From: Myxococcota bacterium
Lineage (GTDB): Bacteria; Myxococcota; XYA12-FULL-58-9; JALHOP01
DNA length: 16,043 nt
Direction of reading: 5' to 3'
NCBI GenBank assembly: GCA_041288095.1
Contig: JBGGMJ010000186.1
Coordinates: 1 to 16,043 of the forward strand
The notes under the pieces are model-generated. The model worked only from the letters and a program-made list of their open reading frames with translations. It made no database searches and was not told the origin of the DNA. Shown piece by piece: positions 7,503-15,860 of this stretch (its first letter is position 1; the number at the start of each line of letters is the position of its first letter). Both the position numbers and the translations under genes were made by a program.

Positions 7503-8219
7503 ATGCCTAGCTTCGAGCGCTATGATCGCATCGTCGATGCGTACTCGACGATGTGGCCACTCATCGTTCCGGGCTACGTGCCGTGCTTGAACGCCATGCT
7601 CGAGGCGGTGCGCGCTTTGGACCTTCGGCCGCGCGAGGTCCTCGATCTGGGCTGTGGTCCGGGCTCGGCCATCGTCGCGGTCGCCCCGGCGTGTCACCCC
7701 GAGGCGCGCGTGACCCTGGTCGACGGCGCGCCGAAGATGCTCGCCGCCGCCCAAGCTGTCGTGGGCTCGCGTGCCGCGGCCGCCATCTGCGATGATTTCC
7801 GCAAGCCGGACGTGCTCGCGCGCATTACCCGCCCGCTCTCCTACGACCTCGTGCTCTGCTCGTTCGCGCTCCACCACTGGGACGACGCCGAGAAGCGCAC
7901 GGTCCTCGAAGCCCTCGCCCGCAGCGTCCGCCCGGGCGGCCTGTTGGTTCTCGCCGATGAAGTGGTGGCGGACGCGCCGGCCGGCTGGGACGTGGTCGGC
8001 CGCGTGCGCATGCGCATGATCGACTCCAACATAAGCTCGGGGAGAATCCCCAAGGAGTTCGTGGCGACGGAGGCAGCTCTGCCGCCCGACTTGAGGCTTC
8101 CTTTCAAGCCCAGCCGCACCGACGAGGTGGTAAGCTGGTTAGCGCGATCGGGTCTCGCCGTTGGTGTGCCGTTAACGGTCTTCGGCGCGGCTCTCCACTT
8201 GGCATTGAAACCCGTTTGA
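7503..8219 (+). CDS. Class I SAM-dependent methyltransferase (~238 aa)
   Basis: Motif I VLDLGCGPG, VTLVDGAPKML, YDLVLCSFALHH and VRPGGLLVLAD. The N-terminal IVPGY resembles CmoA-like proteins. The 6996 start in the ORF track overlaps the upstream gene, so ATG 7503 is used. Confidence 0.9.
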   Translation: MPSFERYDRIVDAYSTMWPLIVPGYVPCLNAMLEAVRALDLRPREVLDLGCGPGSAIVAVAPACHPEARVTLVDGAPKMLAAAQAVVGSRAAAAICDDFRKPDVLARITRPLSYDLVLCSFALHHWDDAEKRTVLEALARSVRPGGLLVLADEVVADAPAGWDVVGRVRMRMIDSNISSGRIPKEFVATEAALPPDLRLPFKPSRTDEVVSWLARSGLAVGVPLTVFGAALHLALKPV

Positions 8220-8235
8220 GCGAGCGTTGAAGCAC

Positions 8236-9258
8236 ATGGCCATTCCGATCTCGCAAGCGTCTCCCCCTCCCGTCCCGGTCGCTGGTGACCGCGAGCGTGT
8301 CGCCGAGCTCCGCCAGGCGCGCGACCGCATCCATACCGAGATCGGCAAGCGCGTCATCGGTCAGCGCGAGGTCATCGATCACCTGCTCATCACGCTCTTC
8401 GCGCGCGGCCATGGGCTGTTCGTGGGCGTCCCCGGTCTCGCGAAGACGTTGTTGATTCAGACCTTGGCCGACGTGTTGGACCTGTCGTTCAACCGCATCC
8501 AATTCACGCCCGACCTCATGCCGTCGGACATCACCGGCACCGACATCCTCGAGACCGACGCCGCCGGCGGACGCGCCTTTCGCTTCATCAAGGGTCCGGT
8601 CTTCTGCAACATCCTGCTCGCCGACGAGATCAACCGCACACCGCCGAAGACGCAGGCCGCGCTGTTGCAGTCGATGCAAGAGCAACGGGTCACCGCGGGC
8701 GGCCGCACCTATCCGCTCGACGCGCCCTTCCACGTGTTCGCCACGCAAAACCCCATCGAGCAAGAAGGCACCTACCCGCTCCCGGAAGCGCAGCTCGACC
8801 GCTTCATGATGATGCTGCACGTCGACTATCCGTCGGCGGTCGAAGAGGCGGAGATCGTCCGCCGCACGACCTCGGCGCCGCACGCGCAGGTGGCGAAGAT
8901 TCTGGGCCCCCAGGAGATCCTCGCCTTCCAAGATCTCGTGATGCGCGTGCCCATCTCCGAACCCTCGATCGAGCTCGCCGTGCGCCTGGTGCGCCGCACC
9001 CGCCCGGACGATCCGCAGGCGCCGGCCGAAGTGAAGGAGTTCGTCACCTACGGCGCCGGCCCGCGTGCCTCGCAGCACATCGTGCTCGCCGCGAAAGCGC
9101 GCGCCATCCTCGACGGCCGCCCGGTGGTCGACGGCAGCGACATCAAAGCGCTCGCCTACCCGGTGCTCCGCCATCGCGTGCTGACGAACTTCCATGCCGA
9201 AGCCCGCAAGGTCTCCGCCGACGACATCGTCGCCAAGGTTCTCGAGGGCGTGGTTTGA
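8236..9258 (+). CDS. moxR: MoxR-family AAA+ ATPase
   Basis: VIGQ, GHGLFVGVPGLAKT, FNRIQFTPDLMPSDITG, LLADEINRTPPKTQAALL, ATQNPIEQEGTYPLPEAQLDRF, GAGPRAS and VLRHR. Start is ATG 8236 or TTG 8227. Confidence 0.95.
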   Translation: MAIPISQASPPPVPVAGDRERVAELRQARDRIHTEIGKRVIGQREVIDHLLITLFARGHGLFVGVPGLAKTLLIQTLADVLDLSFNRIQFTPDLMPSDITGTDILETDAAGGRAFRFIKGPVFCNILLADEINRTPPKTQAALLQSMQEQRVTAGGRTYPLDAPFHVFATQNPIEQEGTYPLPEAQLDRFMMMLHVDYPSAVEEAEIVRRTTSAPHAQVAKILGPQEILAFQDLVMRVPISEPSIELAVRLVRRTRPDDPQAPAEVKEFVTYGAGPRASQHIVLAAKARAILDGRPVVDGSDIKALAYPVLRHRVLTNFHAEARKVSADDIVAKVLEGVV

Positions 9259-10148
9259 GCGACGCGACGTTCGAGCTCTCGCCGCAGCTCCTCTCCGACA
9301 TCGAAACCCTGCAGCTCTCGGCCCGCACCATCGTCAGCGGCGCCCTCGCGGGCACGCACCGTTCACTACGCCGCGGCAGCAGCATCGAATTCAGTGAGCA
9401 CAAGCTCTACTCACCGGGCGACGACGTCCGCCACATCGATTGGCGGGCGTTCGCTAAAACGGACCGCTACCACATCAAGCAGTTCGAGGACGAAACCAAC
9501 ATCACGCTCGAGCTGCTCATCGACGGCTCGGCATCGATGGGCTTCGCGGGGCCCGAGCGCGAGCCGAAGCTCGAGTTCGCCAAGAAGCTGGGCGCGGCGC
9601 TTTGCTATCTCGCATTGCGCCAGGGGGACGCGAGCGGCGTCGTCACCTTCGCGACGACGGTGCGCGACGAGCTACCGGCGCGCGCGACCAGCGCCCATTT
9701 GGTCGAGGTGATGCGCTTGCTCGCGCAGCTGCAACCAGCGGGCGAGACTTCGTTGGTGGGCGCCCTCGATCAGTTCGGCCAGCGCAGCCGAAGACGCTCG
9801 TTGCTCGTCATCATCTCGGACTTGTTCGATCCCAACCCGGCCCTGTTCGACGCCTTCCGCCGCCTCGCGGCCCGCCGCCACGACATCGCGCTCATCCACT
9901 TGCTCGATCCCGTGGAGATCGACTTCCCCTACGAAAACCCATCGACCTTCGTGTCGATGGAGGACGACCGCCGTTTGTTCATCCACCCGCGCACGCTGCG
10001 AAACGCCTACGTCAAGGAGATGCGCGAGTTCCTCACGCGGACTTCACGCGCGCTGCGCGAAGCCGGCATCGACTATCGCGAGATCCGCACCGACACCGAT
10101 CCGGCGCAGGTGCTCGGAAGCTTCCTGCGCGAGCGCGAAGCCGGTTAG
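9255..10148 (+). CDS. DUF58 domain protein (vWA-like MoxR partner, 297 aa)
   Basis: G.HRS.RRGSSIEFSEHKLYSPGDDVRHIDWRAFAKTDRYHIKQFEDETN, MIDAS-like DGSASM and IISDLF. TTG start overlaps the moxR TGA. Confidence 0.93.
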   Translation: MSDATFELSPQLLSDIETLQLSARTIVSGALAGTHRSLRRGSSIEFSEHKLYSPGDDVRHIDWRAFAKTDRYHIKQFEDETNITLELLIDGSASMGFAGPEREPKLEFAKKLGAALCYLALRQGDASGVVTFATTVRDELPARATSAHLVEVMRLLAQLQPAGETSLVGALDQFGQRSRRRSLLVIISDLFDPNPALFDAFRRLAARRHDIALIHLLDPVEIDFPYENPSTFVSMEDDRRLFIHPRTLRNAYVKEMREFLTRTSRALREAGIDYREIRTDTDPAQVLGSFLREREAG

Positions 10149-13100
10149 GCCGCCTTGCGCGTTTTGATTCGCATGATCGAGTGATCATGATCGGAGTCGT
10201 CCAGCGGGCTCACCGAGTTGGCGTGGATGTACTGCATCTCGACGCGTCCCTCCTTGAACACCGCGGCCGTGCTCACGATCGGGCAAAGCACCTGCTGCGT
10301 GCCGCGGTAGTTGTAGTCGAAGCGGTCCTCGCGCGGGATGAGCTCCAGGGTGAGGTTTGCGAGCCCGTTCTTGGTGAGCTCCTTGATCGTCGGCGACTGC
10401 TCGGTGGTGTTCGAGTCACCGACCTTGAAGACGTCGACGTTGGGCTCCGCCTTCTGCACCTGCTCCATGCGGCCGCGCACGGTGAGCGCTTGGCCGTTGC
10501 GCTTCTCCTCGCCGCCGATGATGGGCGGCGTGTGCGCCGAGTTCCATGGCGTGGTGCCGCGGCGTGATGCCCAGTGGTCGTTGATGATCTCGAACACGTC
10601 GTTGCCGAACTTGAAGCGCGCGACCAGCGACTTGCGCGAGTCCATGAACGCCGCCTCGCCTTCGCCCAAGCGCTTGACGCTCGTCGGGTCGTGGCTGACG
10701 CGGTCCTTGCGGTAGAAGAAACCGCAGCGGATGTTGCCGCCGGGCTCGCCGCCGTCCTTGCCGTTCTGTGGCGGGACATCGATGTACGAATACTCGGGGC
10801 CGCCCGCTTCCTTGATGAGCCGCGCCATCATCTCGAAGGTCTGATCGGCTTTGACGACGTCGCTCTGCTTGGGCCCGTCGTTGTCCTGAATCTCTTGAAC
10901 CGAAATGACGTCCGGCGACTTCAAGCTGTCGACGATGCGCTTCGCGAGGCGCTTGGCGCGCTCCTGCTCCAGCGGATTGATGTTGAGCATGTTGACGCTG
11001 GCGATGGTGTAGTGGTCCGCGTCACCCGTGAGGCGCGTGACCTCGCTGGTCAGCGGCGGGTTGCTATCGATCGTCGGCGGCGCCGTCAGCTCGATCTGGA
11101 AGTCGCCGGAGCGGTAGCCGACGATGCCCGCAATAGCGGACAGCGTCGCGCCCACCGACAGTGGCGCCGGCCTACCCGCTTGCTCGCGGAACTTGAGACT
11201 CACCTTGGTGAAGTTCTCCACGCCTTCCTTGTGGAGGATTCCGCCAAAGCGGCTGAAGCGGTCGGCTGGCAGCTTCCATGAGTCGGGCAGCACCACCAGG
11301 TCGCCGAAGCGATTCGACGGGCTCACGGCCTTGCCCTTCGGCACCGCGATGCGGCGGCCGAGCAGCTTGCGCCAGTAGTCGGTGGCACCGGCGGCGTCCG
11401 CGGGCGGCGGGCCCAGCTTCTCGAGGTCGACCGGCGGCGACAGTTGCGCTTCGCCGATGCGCTCGGGCGCGGTCGCTTCGACGAGCTCGACCAGGGAGCG
11501 GGCGAACTCGTTGTTGGCGTCGTGGGTTTCGCGGACCGTCGCGGTGAAGCGCACCTGGTCGCCGACCGCGACGCGCGCACCACGCGTGCGCACCAAGAGG
11601 CCGCCCTCTTCGGGGTTCGCCGACTCGACGTAGAAGCCGACGGCGTTGACGCCGCTGACCACGCCCTCGGTCGTGACGCGCTTACCAACGAGCGGGGATG
11701 TGAAGCCGTCGCCGCGGATCTGCCCGATGGTTTGCGCGGCGCCGGTCTTCTGCGGCTTGCCCTTGCGTTCGACCGGCTTGCCCTCGGTGAGCGGCACGAC
11801 CTCGACCCGCCCCGCCATGGCGTTCACGGTGCCGACGCGCAGGTCCATGGTCTCGCCGAGCGTGATGGTGATCGGATTGCCGCCATCGGAGCGCAGGACG
11901 GTGCCGTTCGCCTCGAGGCGGTTGCGACCCGGTAGCTCGACGAAACGCGCGATGTCGGCGTCGGGGAAGTAGACCTCGAAGCCGCGCGGCGACAGGAAGG
12001 TGATCTCGCCTTTCAACACCTTGCCGCTGAAGCCTTCGAGGGCCTTGGCGGAGATGATGTCGCGGATCTCACGCTCGACGCGACTGTCGCGCTCCTGCGC
12101 GATAGCGGCGAACTCCAGCACTTCGGCGCCACGGCTGGTGTCGGGCGTCTGTCCGTCGCGCACTTGGCGCACGAAGGCGTGGTTGCGGGCATCGCGCTCG
12201 CGGCGCATCGGCGCGGTGACCTGCACGTAATGCGCGAGCTTCAGACCTTCGTGACTCGTTGGATCGGCGCTGACGATGGCGCGCGGCTGCGAGCGCAGCA
12301 CGAGGTTACGCACGGCGCGGTACTTCGGCATCGACTTGTCGAGCTTCGCCAGCATCTCCGCCGGCGTCACCTTGTCGGGCCAGTCGACCCCGAGCGTGCG
12401 TACGGCTTCGCGCGCGAGGGCGATGCGCGCCTCATCCGGTGCCTTGTGCACGCGGTGATACGCAGGCGCGTTGTGCTCGACCAGGAACTCGCCGACCAGG
12501 GAGTTCGCGGTGATCGAGATCTGGGCGTTCGCCTCTTCGATCCAGCGCTGGCCGCGACGCTCGAGCACCAGCTCGCCGTTCTCGTCGATGTTGGCCCAGC
12601 GCTCGCCCTCGGGCGCGGTGATCATGCCGCGCGCCTTGGCTTGGTCGAGGAGCGCGCCGCCGACCTTCTTCAAGCGGTTGAACGCGTTCACCAGGACCGG
12701 GTCTTCGACCTTGGCCTTACCGTCGATGAAGTCCTGCGCCAGGCCGTAGTTGGTCTTGCGCTGGCTCTTGATCACGGCGTCGAGGAACTCGGGCTTGCCG
12801 ATGACTTTGCCGTCCGCGCCGACGGTGTACTTGATGATGATCGACGGCCGCTTCACGTCCGGCCCGAGGGAGATCAGGTCCTCGGAGAGCAGGCGGTGCA
12901 GCACCGGCATGTCGACACCCGGCATGTACGTCGTGGTCTGCAAGCGGCGAGCACGCTCGTCGATGGCGCCCGCGTCACCGCCCGATAGCTTGAAGAAATA
13001 GCTGAGGTCCGCGATGGCGTAGTAGACGTCGCTCGCCCCGGGCGTCGTCTTGCTGTCCTCGATGCACATGGCCTGGTCGAGGTCCATCGAGTACGGGTTG

Positions 13101-13945
13101 TCGATGGTGATGAACGGCTTGTCGGTGAGGTCGACATAGCCGTCGATCTTGTCGGGGTTGAACGCGGCCTTGAGCTGCTCGAGCTCGGCCGAATACTTCT
13201 TCGAGAAGGTCGCCTCGACGCCGCGCTGGACGGCGATCTCACTGAGCTTGACGCGCCAAGCGTCTTTCTCGCCGAAGACCGAAGCGAGCTCGGCGGTTCG
13301 GCCTTGCGACAGCGGCTCTTCGATGTGCGCGAGCACCATCTTGCCGAGCAGCGAATCCTGCCCGCCCTTCAAGGGCACGCGCTGCAGAGGCGCGTTCGCA
13401 TCGCGCGCCACGACCGCGAGTCCGGTGCCGTCGCGCTCGACGCGGCCGACGATGCTGTAGACCTTCTCGGTGTCCGAGGTGACGAGCTGCAGGCCGCCCT
13501 CGCTCGCCTGAATGGCGATGCGCCCACCCTCGGCGATGCCTTGCGCGTCCTGCGGGTGCAACACCAGCGGCTTGATGCGGCGGTCGTCGGGATAGAACGT
13601 GGCCTCGATCTGGTTCTTGCGGCCGACGACGCGGCGCAGATGACCGGTGATCTCGCCCTGCAAGTCGCGGCGCGGGGTGGTCATCATCGGCATCAATGCC
13701 GGCGTCACTTCCTTCAACGTGGACGCGATGCTCTGTACGCCCGCGGCGACACCGTCGGCGCCGGTCTTGGGCGCGGCGTTGCGCTGTCGTACGTCCGAGG
13801 CGCTGCTCGGAAGAGGCTTACCGTTGGGCAACGCGGGCGTCGCCTCCGCGCGAGCTGCGCTTCCCGGCGCCGGCGCTTTGGCGGCGGGTGCCTGACCGAT
13901 CTGCTGACGCTCACGCGAACCTTCATTGCCACCAACTCGTCGCAT
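10145..13945 (-). CDS. Fusion protein: RNase II/R RNB domain + S1-like domain + OB-fold + endonuclease/exonuclease/phosphatase (EEP) domain (~1266 aa)
   Basis: RNB motifs DLTDKPFITIDNPYSMDLDQA, YYAIADLSYF, TTYMPG...PVLHRLLSEDLISL, IEEANAQISITAN, YHRVH and HEGLKLAHYVQVTAPMRR. S1-like GKVLKGEIT...GFEVYF. OB-fold TIGQIRG.GFTSPLVGKRVTTEGVVS. EEP motifs SPDVISVQEIQDNDG, GGEPGGNIR, SRKSL, HWAS, GDSN and SDHD. Start placed at ATG 13945 (TGATG overlap with the upstream TPR gene). Confidence 0.9.
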   Translation of the reverse strand: MRRVGGNEGSRERQQIGQAPAAKAPAPGSAARAEATPALPNGKPLPSSASDVRQRNAAPKTGADGVAAGVQSIASTLKEVTPALMPMMTTPRRDLQGEITGHLRRVVGRKNQIEATFYPDDRRIKPLVLHPQDAQGIAEGGRIAIQASEGGLQLVTSDTEKVYSIVGRVERDGTGLAVVARDANAPLQRVPLKGGQDSLLGKMVLAHIEEPLSQGRTAELASVFGEKDAWRVKLSEIAVQRGVEATFSKKYSAELEQLKAAFNPDKIDGYVDLTDKPFITIDNPYSMDLDQAMCIEDSKTTPGASDVYYAIADLSYFFKLSGGDAGAIDERARRLQTTTYMPGVDMPVLHRLLSEDLISLGPDVKRPSIIIKYTVGADGKVIGKPEFLDAVIKSQRKTNYGLAQDFIDGKAKVEDPVLVNAFNRLKKVGGALLDQAKARGMITAPEGERWANIDENGELVLERRGQRWIEEANAQISITANSLVGEFLVEHNAPAYHRVHKAPDEARIALAREAVRTLGVDWPDKVTPAEMLAKLDKSMPKYRAVRNLVLRSQPRAIVSADPTSHEGLKLAHYVQVTAPMRRERDARNHAFVRQVRDGQTPDTSRGAEVLEFAAIAQERDSRVEREIRDIISAKALEGFSGKVLKGEITFLSPRGFEVYFPDADIARFVELPGRNRLEANGTVLRSDGGNPITITLGETMDLRVGTVNAMAGRVEVVPLTEGKPVERKGKPQKTGAAQTIGQIRGDGFTSPLVGKRVTTEGVVSGVNAVGFYVESANPEEGGLLVRTRGARVAVGDQVRFTATVRETHDANNEFARSLVELVEATAPERIGEAQLSPPVDLEKLGPPPADAAGATDYWRKLLGRRIAVPKGKAVSPSNRFGDLVVLPDSWKLPADRFSRFGGILHKEGVENFTKVSLKFREQAGRPAPLSVGATLSAIAGIVGYRSGDFQIELTAPPTIDSNPPLTSEVTRLTGDADHYTIASVNMLNINPLEQERAKRLAKRIVDSLKSPDVISVQEIQDNDGPKQSDVVKADQTFEMMARLIKEAGGPEYSYIDVPPQNGKDGGEPGGNIRCGFFYRKDRVSHDPTSVKRLGEGEAAFMDSRKSLVARFKFGNDVFEIINDHWASRRGTTPWNSAHTPPIIGGEEKRNGQALTVRGRMEQVQKAEPNVDVFKVGDSNTTEQSPTIKELTKNGLANLTLELIPREDRFDYNYRGTQQVLCPIVSTAAVFKEGRVEMQYIHANSVSPLDDSDHDHSIMRIKTRKAA

Positions 13946-14385
13946 CAGCTCGTCGCCTTTCGCGCTTTCGCTTCGTGGGCCAGGCGGGTTGCCATGGCAC
14001 GGGTCGTCTCGTCTCGTCCGTTCAAGGAGAGGTGGGTCGCGACCGCAATCGCGTCGTCCCATTCGCCAATCGAGCTGTGCAGTCGCGCCAGCGCCAGCGC
14101 GGTCTTGTCGTCGTCCTCGAGGGAAAGCGCGGCGCGATATGCCTCGCGCGCGACCGACACTTCGCCGAGCTGGTCCTCGAGCGCGCCGACCGTGCTCCAC
14201 ACCGCGGCCCGCGACGGATCCGTCAGCAGCGCTTCTTGCAAGAGGCGCTCGGCCTCCTCGAAGTCACCGCTGCGCTTGGCGCGTTCGGCGTCACGTAAGA
14301 GGTCGTGCACGTCGTCGGGCACGATAGCGCCCGCGCGTGCCGCACGCAGCGCCGTAAGGCCTTCAGGATCAACGACGATAGCCAT
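13945..14385 (-). CDS. Small acidic tetratricopeptide-repeat protein (~146 aa)
   Basis: TPR-like helices GDFEEAERLLQEALLTDP, AVWSTVGALEDQLGEVSVAREAYRAALSLE and ALALARLHSSIGEWDDA. RBS-like AGAAGG precedes ATG 14385, which is 11 nt after the Kelch gene stop. Confidence 0.85.
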   Translation of the reverse strand: MAIVVDPEGLTALRAARAGAIVPDDVHDLLRDAERAKRSGDFEEAERLLQEALLTDPSRAAVWSTVGALEDQLGEVSVAREAYRAALSLEDDDKTALALARLHSSIGEWDDAIAVATHLSLNGRDETTRAMATRLAHEAKARKATS

Positions 14386-14396
14386 GGTGCAACCTT

Positions 14397-15860
14397 CTAG
14401 CGTGGAACGATGAAAATCTCTGCTGCTTTGCGTGACGAAAGCGCGCCCTTCGCGATGGTGGCGCCGCCGGTGACGAGAATATCGCCGCTCACCAGCTGGG
14501 TCGCGGCGGCTGCGAAGCGGCTGGCGTAGAGGTTGCCAACCGGGTCGATGGTCGGCCGACATGGGCCGGCGTCGAAGGTGAGAAGCTCGGCCCCGTTGCT
14601 CACGTCACCGGGCCCGACCGCCCCGCCCGCGACGAGCAAGCCGCTGGGTGCCGGTGAGACGGCCGCGGCCGCGCGCGCCGTGGTGAGGTTCGCGTCGGAG
14701 CAGGCGATACTGCTCTCCGCGAGATCGTTTTCCACACCGATCACCTCGATGCCGGTGATCGCCGTGCCGCGTCCCAGCTCGAGCACCCGTTCGGCATAAC
14801 CCCCGGCCACGACGATGGCGCGCTTGTTGGGCAGATAGCCCACCGCCGCGTCGCTGCGGGGCGTCCGCAATACCGGACCGCTGATGCTGATGTCGCCCTC
14901 GACGTCGACGAACTCGACGATGCCCACGGTCGTGACCTCGTTCAGGCCGCCAATCATGGCGACCACGGCGTCGTCCACCAACACCGCCGCGTGACGAGCG
15001 CGAGGCGCCTTCAAGCTGGGCCCGTCGATGATGCTGTCGTTGCGCGGGTCGTAGATGGCGGTGCTCGGCAACACCGTGCCGCCCGCACCCAGGCCGCCGG
15101 CGATGAGAACGCGGCCGTCTTTGAGGAGCGTCGCCGTGTGAAAGGCGCGGCCGTCGTCCATGCCGACCGGTCGCAAGAAGGCTTTACCGTCGAAGACCTC
15201 GACCGACGACACCGGCTTGCCGGCCGCATCGAAGCCACCCGACACGAGCACGCGACCGCCGGCGAGGACGGTCGCCGCGTGACCGCTGCGCGCCACCGCC
15301 ATGGCGGGACCAGCGGCGAACAAACCTTCGCGGGGATCGTAGATCTCGGTCGAGCTCACCGGCCCGTTGTCGTCGGCGCCACCCGCGAGGAGCACGCGGC
15401 CGTCGTCGAGCAAGCTCGCCGAATGCGAGGCGCGCGCGGTCAGCTGCTCTGTGCAAGCGGCGTCGACCTCGGCGGTGGGCGTGGCGCGAATGAAGGTGCG
15501 AACCTGGCCCGCGACCACTGCCACGCGTTCCTGGTTCTCGAGCAGGTCGACATAACCGACGCCGCCCGCGACCACGACCGGGCCCACGCCGCCGTCGCGA
15601 TCAGCGAGCCGCCCGGCCACCGCGATAGTGGCGCGCGACACCGCGTTGATGCTGTCGAGGCTACCCTGGGCGTCCCCAGCGCCGAAGGTAGCGCGCACCG
15701 GGGCGTCGAGCTCGGGCGACGCGATAGCAAGCTCGACCCACGCGACGCCGTTGGTCTCGAGTGATGCACCGTTGCAGGGTCGATGGATCTCGAGCTGCAG
15801 CGAGGCCTCGCCCCCGCAAGCAGCGAGGCCCGCGATGGTCAGGGCGATGAGCTGCTTCAC
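14397..15860 (-). CDS. Kelch-repeat (seven-bladed beta-propeller) lipoprotein (~487 aa)
   Basis: Lipobox IAGLAA-C. Seven repeats of the R..H.A.LL.DGRVL.AGG type (ARASHSA, ARSGHAA, GRAFHTA, PRARHAA, PRSDAAV, ARAAAAV, SRFAAAA). GTG 15860 overlaps the upstream TGA; 15863 is an alternative start. Confidence 0.9.
   Translation of the reverse strand: MKQLIALTIAGLAACGGEASLQLEIHRPCNGASLETNGVAWVELAIASPELDAPVRATFGAGDAQGSLDSINAVSRATIAVAGRLADRDGGVGPVVVAGGVGYVDLLENQERVAVVAGQVRTFIRATPTAEVDAACTEQLTARASHSASLLDDGRVLLAGGADDNGPVSSTEIYDPREGLFAAGPAMAVARSGHAATVLAGGRVLVSGGFDAAGKPVSSVEVFDGKAFLRPVGMDDGRAFHTATLLKDGRVLIAGGLGAGGTVLPSTAIYDPRNDSIIDGPSLKAPRARHAAVLVDDAVVAMIGGLNEVTTVGIVEFVDVEGDISISGPVLRTPRSDAAVGYLPNKRAIVVAGGYAERVLELGRGTAITGIEVIGVENDLAESSIACSDANLTTARAAAAVSPAPSGLLVAGGAVGPGDVSNGAELLTFDAGPCRPTIDPVGNLYASRFAAAATQLVSGDILVTGGATIAKGALSSRKAAEIFIVPR

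Noticed and set aside
7503..8219. Calling the methyltransferase cmoA or a DNA/defence methyltransferase
   Set aside because: Only generic class I motifs and a VPGY resemblance are visible. There is no DPPY/NPPY or PC motif of DNA methyltransferases.
13946..14200. 85-codon N-terminal extension of the nuclease ORF (start 14200 in the ORF track)
   Set aside because: It overlaps the TPR gene in another frame and reads as Arg/Gly-rich shadow sequence. The TGATG junction at 13945 is a better start.
14386..14562. Upstream extension of the TPR ORF (start 14562)
   Set aside because: It overlaps the Kelch gene end. ATG 14385 has an RBS-like AGAAGG.
2400..15764. Many long antisense or alternative-frame ORFs (e.g. 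2400..3584+, 4339..5607+, 6292..7437-, 8104..9195-, 13304..14413+)
   Set aside because: These are expected shadows of high-GC3 codon usage opposite well-supported genes and contain no recognisable motifs.
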